NCBI GenBank assembly: GCA_963708135.1
Contig: OY970192.1
Coordinates: forward strand, 3,168,001-3,232,000
Direction of reading: 5' to 3'
From: an uncultured Gemmatimonadales bacterium
GTDB taxonomy: Bacteria; Gemmatimonadota; Gemmatimonadetes; Longimicrobiales; RSA9
DNA length: 64,000 nucleotides
This document shows, one piece after another, positions 45,709 to 55,709 of the stretch. Position 1 is the stretch's first letter. Each line of letters begins with the position of its first letter. Below the pieces are notes generated by a model. The model made no database searches. It saw nothing but the letters and a program-made list of their open reading frames with translations, and had not been told where the DNA came from. The position numbers and the translations under genes are program-made.

Positions 45709-47947
45709 CCGTGCGCCCGCGCGTCCCGGCGCCGGGGTCCACCGCGAGCCCCATCTCGCGCCGCACGCGCGCGGTCAGCCGCGCAAAGCGCGGATCCGCG
45801 CGCAGCGGATCGAGGGCCGGGTCGGCGAGAACCGCGCGGTTCGGCCACTGCCAGTTGCTGCGGTCGAGCCATGCGAACGCGCTGTCAGGCTCGCCCAGCG
45901 CCGCGTAGGCGCGCGCGAGCGGAACGGCTGCGATCTCACCCGTCCTGGCGCGTTCCAGGTACGGCAACGCTTCGGCCTTCCGGCCCGCGCGCGCGTACAC
46001 CATGGCGAGATCCGCCGAATGCTCCGAATTCGGCACCAGCCGGTACGCCCTGGACACCTCCCGGATCGCGAGATCGTGCATGCCTTTCTCGGAATAGCTG
46101 TAGCCCATCTGCGCGTGCGCCGGTGCCCAGGCGTCGTTGATCTCGAGCGTGCGCCTGAATTGTGCGATCGCGCGATCGTATTCCCGGTTGAAGTAGAGGG
46201 CCGAGCCGTACGTGATGCTGATGGCCATCGCGTACGGGTCCAGCTCGTCGGCGCGGCGACTCTGCTCGAGCGCTTCCTGCAGCCGCCCCATCCCGGAGAG
46301 CAGCATCGCGTACCATGCGCGGGCGGTGGCCTGCTCCGGGTCGAGCTCGAGGACGCGCAGATACTCGCGTTCGGTGGCCGGCCAGTTCTTCTGCCACCAG
46401 AACACGGTGGCCATGGCGCTGTGCGCCGCTGGCGACCTGTCGTCGAGCGCGATCGCCCGCTCGGCCGCCTCTTTCGCGCGTCTGTAGCTCTCCTGCTCCG
46501 ATCCGATCGAGAACCGCAGCTGGTACATCGTGAAATACGCATCCGACAGGCCGGCGTAAGCGTCCGCGAACGTGGAATCGCGCTCGATGGCCTTCAGGTA
46601 GAACGTGATCGCCTGCTGCTGCGCGTCCTTGCTGCGCGTGCTCCACAGGTCCCTTGCCCGCCGGTAGAGCTCCAGAGCGCCCGGATCGCGCGTCTGACCG
46701 CTCGGGCTCGCGAGCGCATGGGCGCCGCCCGCTTTCTCGACGGCCGATCGCGGCCGTGACGCCAGGAACGCCGCGAGCAGAACGGCCGTGGCCACGACTC
46801 CGGCCGCGAGCGGGCCGCTCCGGCGGGCGATCGTGCGCCGCGCGCGGTACCAGAGCGTCTGGTCCCGCGCGCGCACGGGCTGCCCGCCGAGGTAGCGCCG
46901 GAGGTCCTCGGCCAGCTCGCCGGCGGATGCGTAGCGCTCCGCCGGCATCTTGCGCAGCGCCTTGAAGACGATGGCGGCGAGGTCGCGATCGACGGCGGCA
47001 GGAAGCGGCGAGGGATCCTCCTCCAGCACGGCGGTCTCCAGCTCGTGCGTCGTGCGCGCGCGATCTCCGAACGGCGTGTGGCCCGCCAGCAGCTCGTACA
47101 GCACGGCGCCGAGCTGATAGACGTCGGTGCGCTTCGTGGCATGGGCGCCACTCACCTGTTCCGGCGCCGCGTATTCCGGAGTCATCCACCGCATCTGCGT
47201 GCGCGTGGGCGCCGCCCCGCCACCGGGACCGGGCTCCAGCATTTTCGCCAGCCCGAAATCCAGCAGCTTCACCGTGCCGTCGTCTCGGACCAGAATGTTC
47301 GAGGGCTTGAGGTCCCGGTGCACGACCGAGCCGCGATGCGCGTACTCGACCGCATCCAGCACGCCGAGGAAGAGATCGAGGCGCGCGCGCACCGGCAGCT
47401 CGCCGGCCGTGCAGTAGCGCTCGATGGGTTCACCACGCACGTGCTCGAGCACGATGTAGGGGAGCCCATCATCGGTGACGCCACCATCGAGCAGGCGTGC
47501 AATGTTCGGATGATCGAGCGAGGCGAGAATCTGACGCTCGGCGCGGAAGCGGACGACGTCGAGCTCGGAATCGAAGCCCGGCCGCAGCAGCTTCAGCGCC
47601 ACCTGCTGTTCGTACTGACCGTCCGCGCGGCGCGCGAGATAGACGCGCGACATCCCGCCGCGTCCCAGCTCGCGCACGATGCTGTATGCAGCGATGCGAC
47701 GACCTTCCTCGCCCGCGGCTGTTTCCGCCGACTCGGACTCGGTGAGAAACGCCGCCGCAATCTCGGCGACGGGCGTCTCGAGGAAGCTCCTCGCCCGATC
47801 GACGCGCGCGAGCAGCCCCGCCACCTCCCGCTGTAGCTCCGCGTCGCCGGCGCAGGCGGTCCCCAGCGCCTGCGCCCATTCGCCGGGATCGGCGGACAGC
47901 ACCGCCTTCAGGACCCGCTGAACTTGCCGCGCGCGCTCAACGTCCAT
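45689..47947 (-). CDS. Ser/Thr protein kinase with TPRs
   Basis: LGRGGMSRVY, HPNIARLLDGG, HRDLKPSN, DFG, TPEYAAPEQ; TPRs. Confidence 0.93.
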   Translation of the reverse strand: MDVERARQVQRVLKAVLSADPGEWAQALGTACAGDAELQREVAGLLARVDRARSFLETPVAEIAAAFLTESESAETAAGEEGRRIAAYSIVRELGRGGMSRVYLARRADGQYEQQVALKLLRPGFDSELDVVRFRAERQILASLDHPNIARLLDGGVTDDGLPYIVLEHVRGEPIERYCTAGELPVRARLDLFLGVLDAVEYAHRGSVVHRDLKPSNILVRDDGTVKLLDFGLAKMLEPGPGGGAAPTRTQMRWMTPEYAAPEQVSGAHATKRTDVYQLGAVLYELLAGHTPFGDRARTTHELETAVLEEDPSPLPAAVDRDLAAIVFKALRKMPAERYASAGELAEDLRRYLGGQPVRARDQTLWYRARRTIARRSGPLAAGVVATAVLLAAFLASRPRSAVEKAGGAHALASPSGQTRDPGALELYRRARDLWSTRSKDAQQQAITFYLKAIERDSTFADAYAGLSDAYFTMYQLRFSIGSEQESYRRAKEAAERAIALDDRSPAAHSAMATVFWWQKNWPATEREYLRVLELDPEQATARAWYAMLLSGMGRLQEALEQSRRADELDPYAMAISITYGSALYFNREYDRAIAQFRRTLEINDAWAPAHAQMGYSYSEKGMHDLAIREVSRAYRLVPNSEHSADLAMVYARAGRKAEALPYLERARTGEIAAVPLARAYAALGEPDSAFAWLDRSNWQWPNRAVLADPALDPLRADPRFARLTARVRREMGLAVDPGAGTRGRTVTDSGR

Positions 47948-48485
47948 GGGGCTCCGTCGCGACGTCGAGCTCGGCGACGAGAAACAGGCGCGCGCGCAGC
48001 CAGTCACGCCGAACCGTGCGCTCTGAGATGCCGAGCATCCCGGCGACCTCCTGCTCGGACGCGCCGCCGAAGAACCTCAGCTCGATGATCTGACGCAGCC
48101 GCTCCTCGACGGCATCGAGCCGATCGAGAGCCGCGTCAAGCGCGAGAATCTCATCCAGCTGCACCTCGAGCGCGGCATCTCCATCCGACAGTGTGACCGC
48201 CCGCCAGGCGCCGCCGCGCTTTGCCGCCCGCCGTTGCCGCGCGAGATCCACCAGGACCTGGCGCATCGCGCGCGAGGCGGCGCCGAAGAAATGTGCGCGG
48301 CTGTCCCACGAGGTGCCGTCGCCGTGGCCGAGCTTGAGGTAGGCCTCGTGCACCAGCTCCGTGGTCGTCAGACTCGCCTGACCGCGCACGCGCAGGTGCC
48401 GGCGCGCCACCCGCTTCAGCTCCGTGTAGGCGGCGGCGAACAGGGCGTCGGACGGACCGGGACCGGCTGGAGGACGGGCAGGCAT
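47937..48485 (-). CDS. ECF sigma factor (TIGR02999-like, kinase-associated)
   Basis: YTELKRVA, TTELVHEAYLKL, HFFGAASRAMRQVLVD, ELRFFGG, RTVRRDW. Confidence 0.92.
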   Translation of the reverse strand: MPARPPAGPGPSDALFAAAYTELKRVARRHLRVRGQASLTTTELVHEAYLKLGHGDGTSWDSRAHFFGAASRAMRQVLVDLARQRRAAKRGGAWRAVTLSDGDAALEVQLDEILALDAALDRLDAVEERLRQIIELRFFGGASEQEVAGMLGISERTVRRDWLRARLFLVAELDVATEPHGR

Positions 48486-48671
48486 CAAACGATCACGGAA
48501 GGGACGGGTGACGGGCACGCGCTCCCGCGTGCATCCCGCAAGTTGGTCGAATCTGCGCGCTTACGACCCCCCGAGTCAAGGAATCAGAAGAACCCTGGCC
48601 GGTTCCCCGCGGGAATTCCGTATGTCACAGGTACCAGCCACAGTGACGGTCATTCCCACAGGAGGAGGATC

Positions 48672-49217
48672 ATGCCCATCCCCGCACGCGCCGCGACGGC
48701 GGCGCTCACCCTGACATTCGCGCTGCTGGCCTGCAACGACAGCGTGTCCCCGGAGGCGACCGCCGCGCAGGCGCCGCGCGCCGACGTGGCCGCCAGCACC
48801 GGCGGTGATCACGCGCTCGTCAACGGCCAGGGGATCCAGTGGGGCGACGCGCTCCCCTGCTTTGCGCCGGGAGCGAAGCTGGCCGTCGTCGAAGGCAACC
48901 CCCTCGCGCCCGGAAAGGTCTGGACCGTCCGCCTCCTGCTCCCGGACGGCTACGTCGTCAACCCGCACTGGCACCCGACGGACGAGAACGTGACCGTGCT
49001 GAGCGGCACCCTGCTCTTCGGCTTCGGGCAGCACTACGACGAGAGCGGGATGACGGCATATGGCAAGGACGGCTTCTTCACCGCGCCCGCCGGGGAGAGC
49101 CACTACGTGAGGGCCCGGGGCCGCACCGAGATCCAGGTCCACGGCCTCGGGCCCTTCGCCCTTATCTACGTCGAGCAGACCCACGGCGCCCTTCCCGACT
49201 GCTCCGTCCCGTCCTGA
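48672..49217 (+). CDS. Cupin-domain lipoprotein
   Basis: GGAGGAGG RBS; LLAC lipobox; PHWHPTDENVTVLSG; H. Confidence 0.85.
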   Translation: MPIPARAATAALTLTFALLACNDSVSPEATAAQAPRADVAASTGGDHALVNGQGIQWGDALPCFAPGAKLAVVEGNPLAPGKVWTVRLLLPDGYVVNPHWHPTDENVTVLSGTLLFGFGQHYDESGMTAYGKDGFFTAPAGESHYVRARGRTEIQVHGLGPFALIYVEQTHGALPDCSVPS

Positions 49218-50050
49218 GTCGGACGAGTCCCGGCCGATGCCCCGGGGACGCCCCATCGGCGTCCCCCGGGTCGCTCGCCCAGATGCTTCAGCTTCTCGAC
49301 CGCGTTCTGGTTTTCCGGGTTGAGCTGCAGCGAATGGCGGTAGGCGCGGATCGCGTCCTCCCTCCGTCCCGCCGCCGCGTATGCCTCCCCGAGGCTGTCG
49401 TAGACGTTCCAGGAGTCGGGGTGCAGGCGCCCGTTCAGCTCGAACAGCACCACAGCCTCCACCGCGTCGCGGGGCAGGATCGCGTAGCCGAAGCGATTCA
49501 GCCCGTTCTCTGGCAGCAGGAGGTGGTCCGGCGTCGCCTTGCGCTCCTTCTCGAACAGGGCGACGGCCTCCTTGACCTGCCCGGCGCGCGCCAGCCTCAG
49601 GAACTCCTGCTGCGCCGCCACGCGGACGTTGGTTTGCGGACGGCTGATCGTCCACACGTACGCCGCCACTGCTTTCTGCTGCTCCCGTGTGAGCGGCATG
49701 CCGCCGCTCGGGTGCATCTCGAAGCGCCGCGGAGTGACGGCCTTGAATTCCTCCTTCTTCACGCCCCAGAAGATGGTGTGGAGGATGCCATCGTAGTCTC
49801 CGTCGCTGTGCAGCCACTCGACGTCGGCGAGGCTGGGCGCGAACCGGCCGCTGCCCACGCCGGCGACGGCGTGGCAGGCGATGCAGCTGCCGTTGTTGAA
49901 GATCTCGCTGCCGGCGAGGACGCGCTCAGGCGTCACGCTGTCGGGGATGGCCACGGGCCTGGCCGGCGGGTTCCGTTGCGCCGCCACCTCGGTGGTGGAT
50001 CCGGTCCACGCGAGAAGCATCATGCCCAGGATGAAGCCCGCTCTGCTCAC
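49166..50050 (-). CDS. c-type cytochrome with C-terminal TPR
   Basis: CIACH; WLHSDG; NRFGY..NVYDSLGEAY. Both ends are uncertain. Confidence 0.8.
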   Translation of the reverse strand: MSRAGFILGMMLLAWTGSTTEVAAQRNPPARPVAIPDSVTPERVLAGSEIFNNGSCIACHAVAGVGSGRFAPSLADVEWLHSDGDYDGILHTIFWGVKKEEFKAVTPRRFEMHPSGGMPLTREQQKAVAAYVWTISRPQTNVRVAAQQEFLRLARAGQVKEAVALFEKERKATPDHLLLPENGLNRFGYAILPRDAVEAVVLFELNGRLHPDSWNVYDSLGEAYAAAGRREDAIRAYRHSLQLNPENQNAVEKLKHLGERPGGRRWGVPGASAGTRPTQDGTEQSGRAPWVCST

Positions 50051-50222
50051 GATGCTCGTCTCCGGATCTCGAGGAGGGTGGGCCGGCGAGGCGCTGAGGC
50101 TCACGGATTTCGGGGTGCTCGAACGGTGAATCCGGCGACGTGGCGATCGGTTCCCGCCGGTGGCGCGCGGAACGAGAACATGCGACGGCTTCGCCTTCCG
50201 TGCCGGCTCGGAGCGCGGGAGT

Positions 50223-51275
50223 CTACGGCCTCGCCGCTGAAGGGCTGCCGCCGGCTTCGGTGAGCGCGCGCTCGAGAACGGGGTCGTACTTCCGGGCGAA
50301 GTCGTCCGCGGACCAGGGCACCACCTCGTCGGGCGCGATCCCGTTCCACTCGATCACCTTCCTGTCGGCGGTATAGGCGATCCAGCGCGGCACCGAGTAC
50401 TGCCATCCCTCGCCGAGGTCGAAGCGCACGGGGTTGCCACTCGCGCCGATCGTGGTGTCTCCGAGCACGCGCACGTTCGGCAGCTCGCGCATGGCGGAGA
50501 TGAAGCCCTCGCTGCTGCTCGCGTCTCCGCGGCCGACGAGCAGGTACACGGGTCTCAGGTACTGCCACGTGCCGCGAGGCGAGATCGGCTCCGACATCAG
50601 CGGCCCGAGATCATCGTGACGGGGGCCGTTCCGGTACTGGACGTAGCCGCCGATCCACGCCGTCGCCGAGAACCGGCCGGCGACGGCGTACGCGATCGAG
50701 CTGTTGCCGCCCGGATTGGTGCGGACGTCGAACACGATCGCCCGCGTTTCACGCAGGCTGTCCAGCGCGACGTCGACCGCCGTCGCCTGCACGTGCTCTC
50801 CACTCCAGTCGCCGATCACGATGTAGCCGACATCGCCGAAGCGGCCCCACCCCCATCCGCTGCCCGCGGTCGTGTGCCAGCCCGCCGTGGCGACGTAGGC
50901 CAGCCACGTATCCCGGTCCCAGTTCCGCGCGATGGACGGGGCATACGTCGGGACGGCCGCTCCATCCGGCCGGTAGAGACTCGCATGAAGGTCCCGCAGC
51001 GGCGCCAGCATCTCGAGCACGAGATCGCTGAGCTCCGCCTGGCTCGTGGCTGCCTCCGCCCGTGGTCGGTACTCCGCCCGCGCGGCCTCCCAGTCCACGC
51101 CCTTGTACGGGAAGTAGGGATACGTCTCGTCGAAGTGCCGCCAGAGGTCATCGAAGCGGCCGACGTACGCGCGGCCGTCGGGACCGGTCGCGTCGCTGCA
51201 TCCGCCCGCGGCGTAAGCCAGGGCGAGGAGCGCGATGCGGGCGGCTTTCGCGACACCGAATCGGATGCGGGCCAT
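50223..51275 (-). CDS. S41-family peptidase
   Basis: LRDLH, DVRTNPGG, SSSE, GDTTIGASG, GIAPD. Confidence 0.88.
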   Translation of the reverse strand: MARIRFGVAKAARIALLALAYAAGGCSDATGPDGRAYVGRFDDLWRHFDETYPYFPYKGVDWEAARAEYRPRAEAATSQAELSDLVLEMLAPLRDLHASLYRPDGAAVPTYAPSIARNWDRDTWLAYVATAGWHTTAGSGWGWGRFGDVGYIVIGDWSGEHVQATAVDVALDSLRETRAIVFDVRTNPGGNSSIAYAVAGRFSATAWIGGYVQYRNGPRHDDLGPLMSEPISPRGTWQYLRPVYLLVGRGDASSSEGFISAMRELPNVRVLGDTTIGASGNPVRFDLGEGWQYSVPRWIAYTADRKVIEWNGIAPDEVVPWSADDFARKYDPVLERALTEAGGSPSAARP

Positions 51276-51488
51276 TCCTGCCGTCCCGGGAGCCGGGCGC
51301 CCATGAGGTGCCTGCGGGCGCCGCTCCACATACGTTGCGCTTCCCCGCCCCGCCCTGCTGTAGGACAACCTCCGCGGTGCCGTCGGGGAATTCCCCACAC
51401 GAGGATCGCCTGGACGGTGCGGGGTCGCCACGGCTCGTGCTCGTGCGCGAGCCAGACCAGCTCGGGGTCGAGCGCGAGGCGGCGGCGG

Positions 51489-51991
51489 TCATCCCGTTCC
51501 CTGCCTTCATCGCGATCACGTGCTCCACGAACTGGTCGAGGGCGATCTCGGTCCCCTCCTGCCAGCCCGACGCCTTGTTCTTCTCGAGGTCGGACTCGTC
51601 CCGGTGCAGCGCCGTGAAGACGTAGCGGGTGCCGGCTCCCTCGCTCTCCATCGTCATGATGGCGGTGATCGGAACGTCGTCGAAGACCGCCGGACGATAG
51701 CCGGGGAACAGCATGGAGGTCCAGACGAGCCGCTCCATCGGAACCACGTCCAGGAAGCAGCCCAGGTTGGGAACCTCCTGGCCGTCGGCCAGCGCGATGT
51801 CGATGCTGAAGACGCCGCCCGGCCGCACGTCCATCTCGGCACGCGACACACGCCCCCAGGCCCGGGGCATGTACCACTCCTTGAGGTGCTCCGGCTTCGT
51901 CAGCGCTTCCCAGACGAGCCGCCGCGGGCGCGTCGATGAACCGTTCGAAGACGAGATCGAGCTTCGGATCGATCGCGAAGTGTTTGCTCAT
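51489..51991 (-). pseudogene. SRPBCC/AHSA1-family protein, frameshifted
   Basis: DLVFERFIDAP|RRLVWEALTKPEHLKEW..DVRPGG; +1 shift near 51925 and probably near 51493. Confidence 0.8.
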
Positions 51992-52330
51992 GGGTCGGAC
52001 TCCTTCTCCTTGAGTTGTTTGACGTACTCGTCGAACCGGTCCAGCCGGGCTTCCCACAACCGACGCCGCTCGGTCAGCCAGTCCTCGGCGACGCTCGAAC
52101 CGTTCGGGTACGATCTCGTAGGTCCGCACCCGCCCCCGCTTCTTCGACCTCACCAGCCGGCTCCGTTCGAGCACCGCCAGGTGCTGCACGAACGAGGGGA
52201 GCTTCATGTCGAACGGTGCCGCCAGCTCGCTGACCGTGGCCGGTCCGACCGACAGCTGCTCCAGAACTCTCCGCCGAGTCGGGTTGGACAGGGCATGAAA
52301 GACGTCGTCGGCGACCGCGGATGGAGCCAT
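51988..52330 (-). pseudogene. ArsR-family regulator, frameshifted
   Basis: VFHALSNPTRR..QHLAVLE..K.GRVRT; +1 shift near 52093 into VAEDWL..WEARLDRFD. Confidence 0.82.
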
Positions 52331-52390
52331 CTCGACACCACTCGATCCGGTTGGGCTGCGTGATCCGACGAGGGAGTCTAGCACCGAACG

Positions 52391-52414
52391 ATACTAAGGT
52401 CAATACCTAAGTAT
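52391..52414. promoter_or_regulatory. Imperfect inverted repeat, probable ArsR operator
   Basis: ATACTAAGGT-caat-ACCTAAGTAT (one mismatch), AT-rich, upstream of the ArsR gene. Confidence 0.6.
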
Positions 52415-52474
52415 AGGTTCACGGGTCGAGCGGCGGTCCAGGCCGTGCGATGGATCGGGTCAACGGTGAGACGG

Positions 52475-52800
52475 CGGGACGGCCGGGATGGGATTGGGGT
52501 TGGGGTTCGGGTTCGACCGGGCAGCTCACCGGGGTGACCCGGACGCTCGCCCGGACGGTTTGCGGGGGCGGCGGGTTCACGGATTCCCCGCCCACCCCGC
52601 CCTACCCCCGCCCACCCCCGCCACCCCGCCCTCGCCGCGGGGGGGAGGGAGAGGGGTGCGGGCGGGGCGGGCGGGGGTAGGGCGGCGCGGGGCCGGCAGT
52701 GAACCCGCCCCACCCCGGCAACCGGCGGCGCCGGAATCCTGGCTTACCCGATGGACCCTCCGCGTCGAACCCGAACCCGAACCCGAACCCGTCCGTCCCG
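52475..52800. repeat. About 325-bp nested imperfect palindrome
   Basis: (GGGTTC)n/(GAACCC)n arms; GGCGGGTTCAC/GTGAACCCGCC; CCGCCCTACCCCCGCCC/GGGCGGGGGTAGGGCGG. Confidence 0.8.
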
Positions 52801-52831
52801 ACCCGGGTCGGCAGCCCCGAACCGCCGTTGT

Positions 52832-52925
52832 TGCCTATTCCGGTGATTCCGTCCACGAGTTCCGGAGGAAGCCGTCCAGCGGTTCCGGCGCAAGCCGTCC
52901 ACCCGTTCCGGTCCATGCCGTCCAC
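52832..52925. mobile_element. Orphan inverted copy of the IS21 right end (94 bp)
   Basis: Exact reverse complement of 55616-55709. Confidence 0.9.
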
Positions 52926-53268
52926 ACGGGAGCTTGGCCCGCTCTACGCCGGCCGACTTCGCGGCCGGCGCTCTGTTCACCCCAGGCCCTGAGAAGCTCG
53001 AAAATTCTCGCTTGTAATGGACCAGAAACGGGGTGAGGAGCAGAAGTTGAGTATTCCGGCCCAAGCCGGCCACCGATTCCGGTCGAAGCCGGCCACCGAT
53101 TCCGGACCATTCCGTCCACCCGTTCCGGAGCAATCCGTCCACCGATTCCGGGGATTCCGTCCTGCCATTCCGGCGGAATCCGTCCACCCTTGGGGGAGCG
53201 AAGCCGACGCTGGATGACCTGAACCAGACCAGCCGCCACCTTGTGCGGGTCCTGAACCCGGAGGAGAG

Positions 53269-54840
53269 ATGGCGGCGGAGAGGTTGTCCATGCGGAAGAT
53301 CAAGGAGGTGCTGCGGCTGAAGGCTGCAGGCCATGGGAACCGGGCGATCGCCCGGAGCCTGCGGATCGCGCACAGCACGGTCCGCGAGTACCTGAACCGG
53401 GCCGAGGCGGCGGAGCTGGGCTGGCCGCTGCCGGAGGGGCTGACGGAGGCGGAGCTCGAGGCCCGGCTTTTTCCGCCGCCGCAGCCGTCGAACGTGGCGC
53501 GTCCGCTGCCGGACTGGGCGGAGGTGCACCGGGAGCTGAAGTCGAAGAAGCGGAGCGGCGTCACGCTCCAGCTGCTCTGGCTCGAGTACAAGGAGGACCA
53601 CCCGTACGGGCTCCAGTACAGCCAGTTCTGCGAGCGGTACCGGCGGTGGCGGGGCGGGCTCGACCTGGTGCTCCGGCAGGAGCACCGCGCCGGGGAGAAG
53701 GTCTTCGTGGACTTCGCCGGCCAGACGGTGCCGGTGGTGGACCGGGGCACCGGGGAGATCCGCGAGGCCGAGATCTTCGTCGGGGTGCTGGGCGCCAGCA
53801 ACTACACCTACGCCGAAGCGTGCTGGAGCCAGGAGCTGCCCGAGTGGATCGGCGCGCACGTGCGCATGTACGAGTACTTCGGCGGGGTGCCGCAGCTCAC
53901 GGTCCCCGACAACCTGAAGGCAGGGGTCCGCCACGCCTGCTACTACGAGCCGGACCTGAACCCGACGTATCACGAGCTGGCGGTGCACTACGGCACGGCC
54001 GTGCTGCCGGCCCGGGTCCGGAAGCCGAGGGACAAGGCGAAGGCGGAAGCGGGCGTGCTCCTGGTGGAGCGGTGGATCCTGGCCCGGCTCCGCAAGCTGA
54101 CCTTCTTCAGCCTGGCCGAGCTGAACCGGGAGATCGCTCGTCTGCTGGAGCTCCTGAACGACCGGCCCTTCCAGAAGCTGGAGGGCAGCCGCCGCTCGCT
54201 CTTCGAGACGCTGGACCGGCCGGCGCTCCTGCCGCTCCCCGAGCAGCGCTACGAGTTTGCCCGCTGGAAGAAGGCCCGGGTCAACATCGACTACCACATC
54301 GATGTCCTCGGCCACTACTACAGCGTGCCCCACACCCTCGTCCGCCAGCAGGTGGACGTGCGCATCACCCGCACGAGCGTCGAGATCCTGCACTCCGGCC
54401 GCCGGGTGGCGGCGCATCTGCGGAGCCACCGCAAGGGTGGCTTCAGCACGGAGCCCGGACACCGGCCCAAGGCGCACCAGAAGCATCTCGAGTGGACGCC
54501 GTCGCGAATCGTCGCCTGGGCCGAGAAGACCGGGCCCGCCACGGGCGAGCTGGCCCGGCAGATCCTCGAGAGCAAGCCGCACCCGGAGCAGGGCTACCGC
54601 GCCTGCCTCGGTCTCCTGAGGCTCGGCGATCGACACTCTCCCGAACGGCTCGAGGCCGCCTGCGCCCGCGCGCTGCGGATCGGCGGCGTCTCGTACCGCT
54701 CGGTCAAGTCCATCCTCCAGAGCGGACTCGACCGCCTCCCCCTGGAAGAGCAGGCGAGCCTCGCCCTGCCCCAGAACCATGAACATCTGCGCGGCGGGAC
54801 CTACTACGCCGCCGCCGCCAACGGAGCCCTCTCATGCTGA
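53269..54840 (+). CDS. istA: IS21 transposase IstA
   Basis: VDFAG, VPDNLKAGV, RKPRDKAKAE (DDE). Confidence 0.96.
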   Translation: MAAERLSMRKIKEVLRLKAAGHGNRAIARSLRIAHSTVREYLNRAEAAELGWPLPEGLTEAELEARLFPPPQPSNVARPLPDWAEVHRELKSKKRSGVTLQLLWLEYKEDHPYGLQYSQFCERYRRWRGGLDLVLRQEHRAGEKVFVDFAGQTVPVVDRGTGEIREAEIFVGVLGASNYTYAEACWSQELPEWIGAHVRMYEYFGGVPQLTVPDNLKAGVRHACYYEPDLNPTYHELAVHYGTAVLPARVRKPRDKAKAEAGVLLVERWILARLRKLTFFSLAELNREIARLLELLNDRPFQKLEGSRRSLFETLDRPALLPLPEQRYEFARWKKARVNIDYHIDVLGHYYSVPHTLVRQQVDVRITRTSVEILHSGRRVAAHLRSHRKGGFSTEPGHRPKAHQKHLEWTPSRIVAWAEKTGPATGELARQILESKPHPEQGYRACLGLLRLGDRHSPERLEAACARALRIGGVSYRSVKSILQSGLDRLPLEEQASLALPQNHEHLRGGTYYAAAANGALSC

Positions 54841-55586
54841 CGCACCAGACCCTCGACCAGCTCCACGAGCTCCGCCTCACCGGCATGGCCCAGGCCCTGG
54901 AAGAACAGATGCGCATGCCCGACGTCGAGAGCCTCGCCTTCGACGACCGTCTGGCCCTCCTCCTGGAACGGGAGATCACCTTCCGCGACGACCGGCGCCT
55001 CACCCGGCTCCTCCAGGTGGCCAAGCTCCATCTTCAAGCCGCCATCGAGGACCTCGACTTCCGAAGCCCTCGAGGACTGGAGCGATCCCTCATCCTGCGC
55101 CTCTCCAGCGGCCAGTGGATCCGCGACCACCAGAGCGTCCTGATCTCCGGCGCCACGGGCACCGGCAAGAGCTTCCTGGCCTGCGCCCTCGGTCACAGCG
55201 CCTGCCGCCAGGGCCTGTCCACCCGCTACTACCGCTTCTCCCGGCTCCTCGGAGAGCTGGCTCTGGCCCGGGCCGACGGCTCCTACGCCAAGCTCCTCGA
55301 CCGCCTGGCCAAGACCCAACTCCTCATCCTCGATGACTTCGGCCTCGCTCCACTCACCGACTCCGAGCGCCGTGATCTCCTCGAGGTCCTCGAAGACCGC
55401 TACGGCCGACGCGCCACCCTCGTCACCAGCCAGCTGCCCGTCGAGCACTGGCACGCGGTCATGGGAGACGCCACATTCGCCGACGCCATCCTGGATCGGC
55501 TCGTCCACAACGCCCACACCATCACCCTGAAAGGAGCATCCATGCGGCGGAAGAAGAATCAGACCCCCGCCGTCGCCGAGTCCTGA
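54834..55586 (+). CDS. istB: IS21 helper ATPase IstB
   Basis: GATGTGKS, LLILDDFG, TSQLP, ILDRLVH. Confidence 0.96.
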   Translation: MLTHQTLDQLHELRLTGMAQALEEQMRMPDVESLAFDDRLALLLEREITFRDDRRLTRLLQVAKLHLQAAIEDLDFRSPRGLERSLILRLSSGQWIRDHQSVLISGATGTGKSFLACALGHSACRQGLSTRYYRFSRLLGELALARADGSYAKLLDRLAKTQLLILDDFGLAPLTDSERRDLLEVLEDRYGRRATLVTSQLPVEHWHAVMGDATFADAILDRLVHNAHTITLKGASMRRKKNQTPAVAES

Positions 55587-55709
55587 ACACGCCAGCGTCG
55601 CTTCGCTCCGACCGGGTGGACGGCATGGACCGGAACGGGTGGACGGCTTGCGCCGGAACCGCTGGACGGCTTCCTCCGGAACTCGTGGACGGAATCACCG
55701 GAATAGGCA

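Larger units (their letters stand above)
53048..55709 (+). mobile_element. IS21-family insertion sequence
   Basis: TG..CA ends (TGAGTATTCCGG / CCGGAATAGGCA), multiple ~22-bp internal repeats, istA-istB. Confidence 0.95.
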
